A DNA stretch of 64,000 bases from Mobula hypostoma. Taxonomy: Eukaryota. How positions within the stretch are numbered: position 1 is the first letter of the stretch; the number at the start of each line of letters is the position of its first letter. The notes under the pieces are model-generated. The model did no database searches. It had not been told where the DNA came from and saw only the letters and a program-made list of their open reading frames with translations. This document shows, piece after piece, positions 39,170-51,721 of the stretch. The DNA is taken from contig NC_086109.1 of NCBI RefSeq assembly GCF_963921235.1, positions 9,364,001 through 9,428,000 on the forward strand, given 5' to 3'. The position numbers were made by a program, and so were the translations under genes.

Positions 39170-39760
39170 GGGATAGTTGACATAATGGGTTCCTACCACC
39201 AAACGTACCTTTACCTCCCACCCCCTCCCAAGCTTTCTCCCCATGATTCCCTTGTCCATTTGCCCCACCCCACTAATCTCTCTCCCAGCACTTATTCCTG
39301 GAAGCAGCCAACGTGTTACACATGCCCATCCACCTCCTCCCTCGCCTCCATTCAGGGCCCCAAACAGTCCTTCCAGATAAGGCAACACTTCATGTGTGAA
39401 TCTTCTGAGTCTGATGCTCTTGATGCGGCCTCCTTTATATTGGTGAGACCTGTGTTGTAAATAGGGGACCACTTCATTGAGCACCACTGTTTCATCCACC
39501 AAAAGTGGAACTTCTGAGTGGCCAAACATTTTAATTCTGATTCCCATTCCAGTTCCAACATGTCCTTCCATGGCCTCCTCTTGTGCCAAGAGGAGCCCAC
39601 CCTCAGTGTGGAGGAGCAACAGCTTTTATTCCATCTTGGTAGCCTCTAAAGTAATGGCATGAATATCAATTTCTCCTTCTGGTAAAAATATTTCCCTCCC
39701 CCTCCCTTCTTCTATTCCCTACTCCGGCCTCTTTCCTCTTCACACCAGCCTATCATCTTT
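39170..39760 (+). mobile_element. Penelope-like element GIY-YIG fragment
   Basis: CYTCP.TSSL.SIQGPKQSFQIRQHF.CES. Reverse-orientation homologue of 18150-18620. Confidence 0.8.
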
Positions 39761-40843
39761 AAGGGGAGGGGACCCTTCAGTATTCAGTACACTAAAGGGC
39801 CTGTTTCTGTGTTGTATCTTTCTATGGCTATAATTTCTTACCATTGTCCTGGGTTTACTTAGCCCAATCTTCTTACAACTTTCAACTTGGTCTTCTCATT
39901 ACTGCCAAGGGGGAAGAGATACAAAAACCTGAAAACCCTGAATGTTTTAGGAATAGCTTCTTCCCCTCTGTCATCGGACTTCTGAACAGTCCAACACTTT
40001 TCCCTTTTTGCATGATTTATTTCTTTTTATTGCAACTCAAAGTAATTTTTTGCATTACACTGTACTATGGCCTCAAAACACCAAGTTTCATGGCTTATGT
40101 CAGTGATGATAAGCCCAATTCTGAAAACTTTAAAGTTATACCATGAAGCCTACTTCGGAAGTCATGAATTAGGGAAAAAGACAAGGGGAAAGGTCATAAA
40201 AATGGGATGGATCATAGAAAACATTGTGACATCCCAGTTCTGTGTATCCCCAACAACCAAACCATCAATAATGCCCTTACTCTTTTACAAATGAATTCTA
40301 CCTTCATCCTTCTCTTAAGAGAATAATTCTTTGCCAATTAGTCCTTCACTATTTTGATTAATAGTTTGCATTTCAGTCTGTTTTGGCATCTTTCATTCGG
40401 TTGTCCCTCTACAAAGCTAAAAACCGTAATTTTAGGTAGCTCGCCTCCCTAAATCCTTTGATGATTAGAAACGTCTTTATGGTATTTTCTGCACGTCCAG
40501 GGATTCTGTGTCTTTCTTGTGCCAGAGGTAGACTATACTTGGTTGCATATCTTCACAGTTTATTTTAAACTTTCAATAGATGCTACATGCTTTTGGGTAA
40601 AAATGAACAGATACAAACAATCTCGAACAAACAGGAGGGGGTATGAAAACTCTGTGGAACATTGAGTACTTTTGCTACCTTTGTTATCGCACATGAATCA
40701 TAGTCAAGGCTGGTCTCTATTGCCCAATGTATTTCCAATCAGCAGTGACTGTCTCTTACCTATCATAAGTCATGGTTAGCTATTACCCATTCAATTTGTA
40801 ATAATTATAGTTTATCCCAAGATCTGTCAATGTTATGGTAGAG

Positions 40844-40917
40844 CAGGGGTTCCCAGCCTGGGATCCACAGATCCCTTGCTTAATGATCCATAGCATAAAA
40901 AAGGTTGGGAACCTCTG
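40844..40917. mobile_element. Tiny hAT-Charlie MITE
   Basis: TIRs CAGGGGTTCCCA / TGGGAACCTCTG and imperfect 8-bp TSD tggtagag/cggtagaa. Inverted homologue of 54093-54172. Confidence 0.8.
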
Positions 40918-43904
40918 CGGTAGAAATATATAGTTCATTGAAACCATATTAGCCTCTCTAATGTACTCTGGTGCCTTTTACAATTGTTTAATTATTTCTG
41001 TGTTTTTTTTTCTCTTCAATAGAGTGGCAGCCAAGTCAGGTTAAGCATTTGTCTCTCATTAAATAAAAACAGTGCAGATGTTGGATATCTGAAACGAAAA
41101 TCAGAAAATGAGGGAGAAATTCAGCTGGTCAGTGGAAGGAAAAACAGCATTTTGGCTCTGTGATCCTTGGTCAGAATTTATCCAACATCTTCCACGTTTG
41201 TCCTCTCTTGTTAGTTGGCCATTAGGCAGCATGGTTGGGAAGTGTTTTCACACAAGTTCCAGAACTTTTATTATTAACCATTTGGGACAAGAGCCTTGTG
41301 CATGGCAGGTGTAGTGTTGCAGTGTAAATGTGTGTATTGGCTGATTCCAGCTGTAAGTCATTGCATACAACTGTTGGCCTCCTGCTAATGACGCAGGATA
41401 AGCTTGGCTTTAATTCGTGTTGTATTACTGGAAGCGGAGACAGCCCAGCAACCACGCTGGTTTCATATGACTGAAAATCATCCTTTCAGGCACAGCTCAT
41501 CCGGAAGGATAGCAGATGTGCATTGTTGGGACGTTCCACAATTCAAGGCTACCCATTTTCAGAATTATTCACATCCATTATGGCGCATATCTGAAATCCT
41601 TGTAATTGTAATCTGTAAAAGTTCTACTTTGTGCAGACCCAGAATATCAGTGACAGATAGGCACGTGGATGAAAGAAAAGTGGAGGGCTCTTGGGGAAGG
41701 GAAGGGTTGGATTGATCTTGGAGAAGGTTAAGAGGTCAGGACAGTATCATGGGCTGAAGAGGTTAGATTGTGCTTTACTGTTCGAGGATTCAAAGTTCAA
41801 AGTACACTTATTATCAAAGTATGCAGTATACAATCCTGAGATTTGTCTCCCCACAGACAGCCACGAAACAAAGAAAACCATGGAATCTGTTCAAAGAAAA
41901 ACGTCAAACCTTCAACACTTGCAAAAAACAAATCACACAAATGGTAAAAAAAACCAAGTTAAAAACACAATATAAAACGTCAAACCACAAAGTCAATGAA
42001 TGTTCAGTTTCAGCTTAGTTCAATTTAGTGTAATGCTGTGTTGTTCGTTGACTGCAGGCCACAGAGTCAGTCCACCCTGACCGAAATTGCACAAAATGGC
42101 AACAAAAAAAAGGATCAATCTTTTATGCTCCAAGTTCTATGATGCTTTGCAATTTTAAAGCAGACAAAAAAATGACATGAGGACTCAGAGGAGAGTATGT
42201 TTGGGAAGTGTCCACTGTTCTGCCTTGTGCTATTGAAACTAGTGAAAGATAGAAAAGCATGCTGTCAGATGTTAACCCAAACTGACCAGACTTACAGAAA
42301 CAACATGGCAAGCAGATGGTGGACATGGTTAGCAGATTGAGAAGCATCTGCAGAGCGACTAGGCTGTTTGGATAGTTCAAGTGTGGGTCATTAAAAACTG
42401 TTTGGTCTCTGATCCACTACTCTCACTAATGTCAGATTCTGTTTTAAAAATGAAAATCAGGCTATTGGTCTCAGCATTTAGTATGTACTGTAAATATTAA
42501 TTAGTTCCCTTCAAACATCTGCTTCTTGAGCCAGCTGGCAAAACCCTAATCACTACAGTTTAGCAACACTATGACCACTTTGAACACTTCGCACTAAAAT
42601 GTTCTTTTTTGTTCTAATTGTGTTCTTTCTTGGAAAAATTATGTGTAATGTATGTTTAGGCTACTTTATTTGTCACATGTACATCAAAACATGCAGTGAA
42701 ATGCAACATTTGCATCAACGACCAACACAGTCTATCAATGTGCTGGGGGCAGCCAACAAAGTTCAAAGTAAATTTATTATCAGAGTCTATTATAATAAAA
42801 CCCTGAGATTCATTTCCTGTGGGCATACTCAGCAAATCTGTAGAATAGTAACAATAACAGGATCAGTGAAAGATCAAACTGAGTGCAGAAGACAACAAAC
42901 TGTGCAAATGCAAATATAAGTAAATAGCAATAAATAAAGAGAATAACCATATAACCATATAAAGAGTCCTTAAAGCGAGGTAATTGGTTGGGAGACCATC
43001 TCAATGGATAGGCAAGTGATTGGAGTTATCCCCTTTCGTTCAAGAGCCTGATGGTTGAGGGGAAGTAACTGTTCTTGAACTGGGTGGTGTGAGTCCTGAG
43101 GTACTTGTACTTTTTACCTGATGGCAGCAGCGAGAAAAGAACATGACCTGGGTGGTGAAGTTCTTTGATGATGGTTGCTGCTTTTCTATGGCAACTTTTT
43201 AATGTTGATGTGCTCAGTGATTGGGAGAGCTTTACCTGTGATGTACTAGGCTGAATCCACTACCGTTTGTAGGATTTTCTGTTCAAAGGCATTGGAGTTT
43301 TCATACCAGGTTGTGATTCAGTGTTGCGAGTGTTGCTACACTTGCAACGACAATGCTAGCAATGCATGTCAACAACTTACTAACTCTAACCTGTAATGTG
43401 GGAGGAAATTGGAGCACCCAGAGGAAACCCACACAGTCATGAGGAGAATATCCAAACTCCTTTCAGACAGTGACAGTAACTGAACTCCCATCACTGGCAC
43501 TGTAAAGTATTACACTAGCAGCTACACCACTATGCTGCCCTGATTTATGTTTGATTCATCTTTTTCTTGTGAATGCTGCTTACCTGATGCTCTGTGCCTG
43601 TGATGTGCCTGCAAGTCAGTTTTTCATTGTCATTGTGCATTTCAAAATAAACTTGACTTTGACTTGTAAAGCTGTGAAATTTACATACTTTTTGCAGCAA
43701 GTATACAGCCAAGAATTTAAATTTGCTGGCAAATGTGTTTTGCGGTGACTTTGTGCATATGTTTATGACCTTTTTTCTTCAGAAGAATTTTGAGGAGGCC
43801 ACGTTTCCCTACCGCTCTGATCATAGCTAATCAATTACCACTCCTTGGATTATGCTCAGAAGTAAATACCTGAGTTAACAACACCGATCTGTGTCACTTA
43901 ATTA

Positions 43905-44243
43905 CTTACTTGGGCCCTTAGCTGCTCAGTGGAGCATAGACTATCGATGACCTCCCATCTCCATCGTCCTCTGCAGTTGCTAGCTGAAGATCGTTTTGTA
44001 TTGCCTAGAGAGCGTAGCATGAGAGGACAAAAAAGTATTTATTGTGTTAGATGGAGTAGAGTGACCAGCATAAGCAAGGAACGATGATCGCAGTGTTGCT
44101 TGTTACAGATGCTGTTTCTGCAATCCATTGCATCCACTGTACAACAGGGGATTAGCCTATACAGCTTCACCAGAGCCTTATTGCCTGGGCTTACCTGTCT
44201 CCACCTCTCATGACGGGGATGTAAGGTTGGACTTTGAGAAGCA
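43905..44243 (-). mobile_element. RTE-tailed SINE-like element, copy 1 (predicted HDV-like 5' ribozyme)
   Basis: TSD tcactt(a/g)atta (43894-43904, 44244-44254). RTE-like 3' end with (gtaa)n tail on the minus strand. Homologous to 50920-51139 and 60458-60675. Confidence 0.75.
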
Positions 44244-44618
44244 TCACTTGATTAGTATTTAACGAACTTCCTTTTGTTATGCACTTGGGCTCATAGAAAT
44301 TGTACTTTTCATTTTGGGAACGTGTATTAACCAAAACTCTACTTCAGCCTCTTAATGTTCCTGTAGAACAAAAACAGTATCTGTTATAAATAACACTGGG
44401 ATAGTCGTTCCTTGCTTATGTTGGTCACTCTACTCCATCTAACACAATAAATACTTTTTTGTTCTCTCATGCTTTGCTGTCTAGGCAATACAAAACCTTC
44501 TTCAGCTATTATATTTGAAGTAGAGTTTGATAGGTTCTTGATAAGTCGGAGTCAAAGTTGCATGGAGAAGACAGGAGAATGAGATTGAGAAGGGTAATAA
44601 ATCAGCCATGATGGAGTA

Positions 44619-45775
44619 CAGGTGTCCCCCGCTATTCGAACGTTCGCTTTACGAAACCTCACTGTTACGAAAGACCTACATTAGTACCCTGTTTTTGCTT
44701 TCAGAAGGTGTTTTCACTGTTACGAAAAAAAATCAGCACGCGATAAAAGGCGTTATCGCGTTCTCCAGTAACCTTTAAACTATGAAGCTGCCAAATCTAC
44801 CAAATAACACGTAAAAATACACAGCCTATATAAAGTAGAAATAATGTATGTACAGTGTAGTATCACTTACCGGAATTGGGAAGACATCGAGCACACTGAT
44901 GATGATGTGTTAGACTGACTCGTCGCAGGCTGGGTGATGCAGTGGCCCCCACCCTCCGGACCGCCAACTAATACATTGCCGCGAAGCACGCAAGGGTAGC
45001 CGGGAGGCACACAGCACATCTTTAAGAAAAAAACCGAAATAAACATGCTAATTAATTAGGTGCCGCCCAGCACGTAATTGTCAGCCCAGATCAGTGCCTC
45101 GCCTCTGATCTGCGCCGATATTTACGTGCTGGGCAGCACCTAATAAATTAGCATGTTTATTTCGGCTTTTTTCTTAAAGATGTGCTGTGTGCCTCCCGGC
45201 TACCCCTGCGTGCTTCGCGGCAATGTATCAGTCGGCGGTCCGGAGGGTGGGGGCCACTGCATCATCCAGCCTGCGACGAGTCAGTCTAACACACCATCAT
45301 CAGTGTGCTCGATGTCTTCCCAATTCCGGTAAGTGATACTACACTGTACATACATTATTTCTACTTTATATAGGCTGTGTATTTTTACGTGTTATTTGGT
45401 AGATTTGGCAGCTTCATAGTTTAAAGGTTACTGGAGAACGCCTTTATGTCAACAGCGCTTGCGTGAGATTTTCTGCCGAGAGCGCTTGCGTGAGATTTTT
45501 GCTACGGAGATCTGTGCAGGCAATCGTTGTAGAGAAGTATTTCTACCTTATATAGGCTGTGTATTTATCATATCATTCCTGCTTTTACTATATGTTACTG
45601 TTATTTTAGGTTTTATGTGTTATTTGGCATGATTTGGTAGGTTATTTTTGGGTCTGTGAACGCTCACAAAATTTTCCCATATAAATAAATGGTAATTGCT
45701 TCTTCGCTTTACGACATTTTGGCTTACGAACCACTTCATAGGAACGCTCTACCTTCGGATGGCGGGGGAAACCTG
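44619..45775. mobile_element. Tigger/pogo-like non-autonomous transposon with long internal palindrome
   Basis: TA TSD (44617-44618, 45776-45777). TIRs CAGGTGTCCCCCGC / GCGGGGGAAACCTG. It splits a CR1 3' end. Internal inverted repeat at 44758-45441. Confidence 0.9.
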
Positions 45776-46247
45776 TAGCAGAGTAGATTCAGTGGGATCA
45801 ATGGCCTAATTTTGCCCTTATGTCTAATGGTCTCATAACATACAATGTTTTTTTTTGCTGCAGAATAAAATATTCTTTAGTTTGATCACAAATCTGAACC
45901 ATATAAGTTTGAAGTTCAATTTTAATTATCATTCAACCAAATATGAATTCCCAGGAATACAGGCAAACAAAGCAATATTCCTCTGGAGCCAAGGTGCAAA
46001 ACATAGTACCAATAATCATGCACAGCAGAAGGCACATATAGCAATATAAGATAGTAATAAACATACAGTCACACAAAAAAATTATTATATATCTATATGT
46101 ATATCCACAAAATCCAGTTTGCCATCCATAGTGCGAACATTTGCAGATGCGGCATGACGGTATAGCTGTTAGCACAATTGCTTTACTGTGCCAATGATTG
46201 GGGTTCAATTCCTGCTACTGTCTTCAGTTTGTACATTCTCCCCAAAA

Positions 46248-46585
46248 CGCTAGTTGTCGGTGGGGTTTCTATGCCACTGTGTTGAGTTTCTTCGTGAGAG
46301 ACATGGACGAGGAAATGCATTTCAAATATTTTCGGATGTCGGCAGGTAGATTTGACGATTTGGTTCATCGTCTCCAACCATTTATTTCGCATCAGTGTAC
46401 AGACATGGCGGAGAAAAGCAACCGGAAATGCGTAGGAGGAAATGCAATGCTACCAAGTGGACCAATCATAGTTGTTGCAGTCTGCGTCGCCGCGATGTGT
46501 GAGTTACATTTTTGGGGAGGTGCACATCGCCCTACCGTGTAGGGTACGTATGGCATACGTTTGAAGCAGAAGTATGAATTGGGCT
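46248..46585 (+). mobile_element. PIF/Harbinger fragment with transposase N-terminal remnant and one TIR
   Basis: [30 protein letters not shown] is a Harbinger-type F..YFRM motif. Ends in GCAGAAGTATGAATTGGGCT followed by TTA. Shares ~130 bp with 55911-56425 in opposite orientation. Confidence 0.75.
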
Positions 46586-46639
46586 TTACACTAAGCTCGC
46601 TGATTAGATTTGACACAAACAACATATTTCACTGTATGT

Positions 46640-46642
<3 letters not shown>

Positions 46643-46676
<34 letters not shown>
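46643..46676. repeat. (TA)n microsatellite
   Basis: Uninterrupted TA run. Confidence 0.95.
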
Positions 46677-46678
<2 letters not shown>

Positions 46679-48489
46679 ACAAAGTTAATCTTTAATCTTA
46701 TTTCTCTCTGGTGATTCTGACAATTCAAGTTTTTAGTTAATGCATTGTTTGCAAGACATTCTTTACTATGGAGAACTAATTCTGCTGAATTGACTACATC
46801 ATCTCAATCTGCTAATACTTTTCCCAGAAATGTTTCCGTCTGTTTGCTTTGTTTTCTAGGACACACACTGATTGTGGTTGTTAGGATGGGTTGCTGAAGC
46901 CTTGCTTGGAGGCTTGCCATTGTGTGGATAGTCTCAAGGACATTCTGGAGAATGGTTTAAAAATATGGTCACCAGTTTTTCGTCTGGTCTCTTCCTCCAG
47001 AGTGATGCAAACCCCGAATCCCACAACTGCACCACAGCGCTGGTTGTCTTTAACATTCTTCCACTTTTATGGTGTGTTTTATTTGAGCTCTGTGCCGCAC
47101 CCATGATTGACCAGAGTCAAGCAAGTTCATTCTTTGGTGTGCAGTGTCATTCTCTGCTGCTTACTGGTAATGTGTTTGCGCAGTGCTCTGCCAGTTCATG
47201 TCTAGGGAGGTGGATTTTTGCTATTACCATCACTCTTTGCTCTGTTGAAGACTGCTGCTATATCTCCAAGAGTGCTGTGATTTGGGCAGGGGTCTTAGCA
47301 CTAACTGGTATGAATCTGCTTTTCAATCTTGCCGATATGACTAACTTGCCAGCTTAACATTCATTTGTCAAGCATTATACTAAATTAAAGTTTTCATGGT
47401 GAACAATATACTTCATCTTAAAAAACAGAGGTAAGTGTGAAATGTTTGACTGAAAAGTTAAAAAACATATGCATATTTTGTAGGGGAATAAATAGTTAAC
47501 ATCTCCCTTCTTCAGGACTATGATGATCTGCCCTGATGAAGAGTTTTGATTCAAAATACCGACTGTTTATTCCATTCCATAGATGTGGCCTGACCTACTG
47601 AGTTCCTCAAGCTTTCAGTGGGTGTTGTTCTGGATTTTGAGTATATGAATAATCTCTTGTGTTTTTAATAATGTATATGTTTTGGTTGTTAGATCAGGCC
47701 TTTTTTTTTCTAAACTGTGAGAGTATATTCTCAATTCAGACCATTATGCCTCAATCAGCAAAGTAATATGGTGGAGAATGAATTAATGGAATATGTACAG
47801 TATAAGGTAATATTCTGGAATAATATGTTAAAAAAGGAAAGAGATGTTTTGCATCTGATGTTATGCATTGAGGAGGGAATAATCAGTTATCTTGTTGAAG
47901 AGGGACATTTAGGAAGAGTGACCATCATATGATGAAAATTTGTTGAGTCCTGATGAAGGGTTTCAGCGGGAAATGTTGACTGTTTATTCCCCTTTAGAAC
48001 TGACTGACCTGGTGAGTTCCTCCAGCATTTGTGTGTGTTCCTCAAGATTTCCAGCATTTGCAGGAATGTTTATAACAAAAATTTTTATATTGATATTAAA
48101 AGATCAATCTGAAATGAAGGCCTTAGTTCTAAAAAAGGAACCTGTGAAGGTTAAGAGAAGTGAGACACACGAGAGCCTGGAGATGCTGGAATCTGGAGCA
48201 ACAAATTATCTGTTAGCCTTAGGAGGAACTCGGCAGATCAAGCAGCATTGGTGAGGGAGAAGGCAATTTTCAATGTTTTGGGTCGAAGTCCTGCGTTTAA
48301 ACTGAGAGTGGAGGGGGATGTTGGTGAGGCAGGAACCTGAGGAGATTGGATGAGTGAGTAATGTGTAGGTTGACAGACAGGTTGAGCCAGGTAGGGCTGG
48401 TTAAGAGAGGTGCGTTGGCTGTTGTTGATTGGGAGACTATTGTAAAAGATATGATGGGCAGCAATGGTGAACTTCTAAAGAAATAATAA

Positions 48490-49045
48490 GATTCTGCAGT
48501 TGCTGGCAATCCAGAGCGACACACACAAAATGCTGGAGAAACTCAGCGGGTCGGGCAGCATCTATGGAAATGAATAAAGAGTCCATGTTTCAGGCTAAAA
48601 CCCTTTCTCAGGACTGGAAAAGAAGGGGCAAAAAGCTGGAATAAAAACAAAGTGGGAGGTAGGGGAGGAGGATAGCTGGAAGGTGATCGGTGAAGCCAGG
48701 TGGATGGGAAAGGTAAAGGGCTGGAGAAGAAGGAATCTGATAGAGGAGAGTGAACCTTACAGGAAAGGGAAGGAGGAGGGGCACCGGGGGAGGTGATTCG
48801 CAGGTACAGAAGAGCTAAGAGGCCAGAGTGTGGAATGGAGGAGGGGAGGGGAAGGAATTTTTATTCCTAGAAGGAGAAATTGATATTCATGCCATCAGAT
48901 TGGAGGCTATCCAGGTGGAATATAAGATGTTGCTCCTTCGCCCTGAAGGTGGCCTCACTGTGGCACATGGATCGATATGTCGGAATGGGAATCAAAATGT
49001 TGGGTCAAGTTCCGGTTTTTGGTGGATGGAGTGGAGGTGCTAGAA
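48490..49045 (-). mobile_element. Penelope-like element 3' fragment
   Basis: Same terminus and purine-rich body as 17779-18300. Adjacent PLE ends lie at 47480-47660, 47946-48065 and 48165-48300. Confidence 0.75.
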
Positions 49046-49769
49046 ATTATATACAATTTACAAAGCAGAAAGACATTAAGACACAAAATCTAATCGGAAA
49101 AATATGGTCTCTGCAGCTGACAGGAGAAATCAATGAAAATATTACATCAAGAGAAGTGTTTTATAAAATTATCAGGAATACCAGTAGATGAGGATTTGGA
49201 GAATTTTAGAATTTGCAAAGGAAGATTAGGAAGGAAGTGGAAGGTAGAAGATAAGAAGAACTTATTATGGACTTCCCAAGGTTCAAAGGTTCATTTATCA
49301 TCAAACTTTGATAATATACAATATTTATGCAATATACAACTTTGTGAGAGTCTTCTTCTCGAGATAGTCATGAAACAAAGAAAAACCATGGGAGTCAGTT
49401 CAGAGAGAAACAGTAAACCCAACCCCTGCACAAAAAAGAACGGCAACACTCTCATCAGCCCCCAAACCACCCCTCTGGCCCCACACGAAATGCAACAAGA
49501 ACATCAGCCCCCAAATCCCCCTGTCCCCATGCAGAAAACTAACAAAAATGCAGCAAGAACATCGATCTCCAGATCCCTCACTTACCCTGCACCAAATGCC
49601 ACAAGAACACCAACCCCCAAATCCCCCTCCACCCGCACAAATAAACGAGTAAGATTGGGCGATCTTACACATTCGTACTGGGGAAGAAGAAAAGGGCAGA
49701 GGACTTCTTTGTGTCAGTCTTTATGGGAGAAGGAACAAAAGCCTGCTAGAAATCTCAGAGAACCATGAG

Positions 49770-50900
49770 TCTCGTGAGGAAATGAAGGAAATTAATATTG
49801 GTGAAATAATAGCAGGAGAGAAATTGGTGAGACTGAAAGCTGATAAATCCCAAGGACTTACTGATCTACATCCCTGAGTATTGCAAAAGGAAGTTAGAGG
49901 AAACAGTTGTATTGGTTATCATTGTCCAAAATTCTGGACGAGGTCCCACAGGTTGGAGAGTAGCAAATAAGACTGTCATTGAAGAAAGTAGGGAATGGTG
50001 GGGCAGGGGGTGGTGAACTGCTGAGTTGTTTGCCTATCATTGAAAAATGCTGGACTCTTAAATTGTGATGCGAAGAAAATCTAGAAAGATAGAATTGGAG
50101 AAGATTCAACATGGATTTATGAAACCATTTTTGACTAGGGTGGTGAATCTGTGGAATTTATTGCCAATGGCAGCTGTGGAGGCCGAATCATTGAGTATAT
50201 TTAAAGCGGAGGTTGATAGGTTTTGATTAGTCAGGGTGTCAAAAGTTACGGGAAGAAGGCAGGGGAATGGGATTGAGAGAGATGATGGAATGGCAGAGCA
50301 GTTGATGGGCCGAATGGCCGAATTCTGCTCCTATATCATCTGGTTTTACGGTCTATTTAATGGGAATTCTTTGGGAGTGTGACAGGTAAAAAGGATTAAA
50401 TGTAACCAGTGAATGTGATGTATTTGTTTTTGGAAGGCTTTTGACAAAATCCACAAGGAGGCTGGTCTGATTTAGATTTATTTATCTATCATATATATAT
50501 TGAAACATACATTGAAATTTGTAATTTGAATTAACAGTTGGCACACCCAAAGAGGATGTGCTGGGAGCAGTCCACGTAGGTGTCACCACGCATTCTGGTG
50601 CTAACGTAACATGCCCACAGTGTTCAGCAAGAGTAAAGCACATGGAAATGGAATGCGGATTGTGAATTGGTTAACAGACAGAATGTAAAGAGTGGGAACA
50701 AATGGGTCTTCCTCAGATTAGTAAGCTGTGACTAGTGGTGCTCTGCAGTTACTTACAATCAACATCTTCATTACCAATTTGGTGAGGGCACCAAATGCCA
50801 TGTTCCCATGTTTGTTGGTGATACAAAACTAGATGGGATTGTGAGTAGTGTAGAGTATGTAAGGATAATTCAGGAGCCTACAGACCAAATGATTTGGGAA
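49770..50900 (+). mobile_element. Old CR1 ORF2 RT region, fragmented by later insertions (pieces continue to ~54310)
   Basis: Degenerate DKSPG..LHP.VL, WRVAN, KAFDK.PH, VTSG..QG and F..DTKL motifs appear in order. Confidence 0.7.
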
Positions 50901-50919
50901 GGAAATAGATGCTGAAATA

Positions 50920-51139
50920 CTTGGTTAATACTGAGGCCTGTAGATCCCAATGGAGCATAGGCCATCGATGATCTCCCACCTCCATTGTCCTCTGAGGTCA
51001 GTGGTATAGTTGGTGTTCATCAAAGCTTCTGCAAACCATTATGTCTACTGTACAGAGGATTGGCCTGTCCAGTTTCACTGGAGCCCTATTGGCTGGCTCT
51101 ACATCTCATGGCGGGATGTAGGATTGGGCTTTGAGAGGC
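50920..51139 (-). mobile_element. RTE-tailed SINE-like element, copy 2
   Basis: Homologous to 43905-44243 (tggagcatag...tcgatga..tccca.ctccat.gtcctctg...gatgta..ttgg.ctttgaga.gc). Confidence 0.72.
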
Positions 51140-51721
51140 CAGATGAAACATAGTGCGCACAAATGTGCAGGTCACTGCACAGGATGGAAAAAGCAGCAGA
51201 AAGCTGTAAATTCAGCCATCTCCATCATGGGCACTAGCCTCCTCACCATCGAGGACGCTTTCAAAAGGCGATGCATCAAAAGGCAACATCCATCATTAAG
51301 GACCCCCATCATCCAGCACGTGCCCTGTTCTCATTGCTACCATTAAGGACAAGTACAGGAGCCTTAAGACAAATACTGAATCCCTCCACCATCAGATTTC
51401 TGAATGGACAATGAACCCATGTACATGGCTTCACTTTTTTTCCCTTTTGCACTACTTACTTCACTTAATTTTTATATATACTTTGTACTGTAATATTTAG
51501 TTTCGTGACATATGCCAGTGATATTAATGCTGATTCTGTATCTGATTTACATTGGTGTACAAAACAGAGAGATAGAGTCTACAGAATAGTAACAATACAG
51601 GAACAGGCCCTTCAGCCCACAAGGTTATACTGAACTAATTAAGCTAACCCCTTCTGTCTGCACACGGTCCATATCTCCCCATTTTCTGTATATTTGTATG
51701 TCTGTTGAAGAGCACTGTATT

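Noticed and set aside
46198..46542. HARBI1-like gene
   Set aside because: Only ~30 aa of transposase inside a truncated element nested in a SINE.
49133..49768. 211-aa ORF
   Set aside because: It runs across unrelated repeat fragments and a low-complexity A/C-rich LINE tail, with no domain or splice support.
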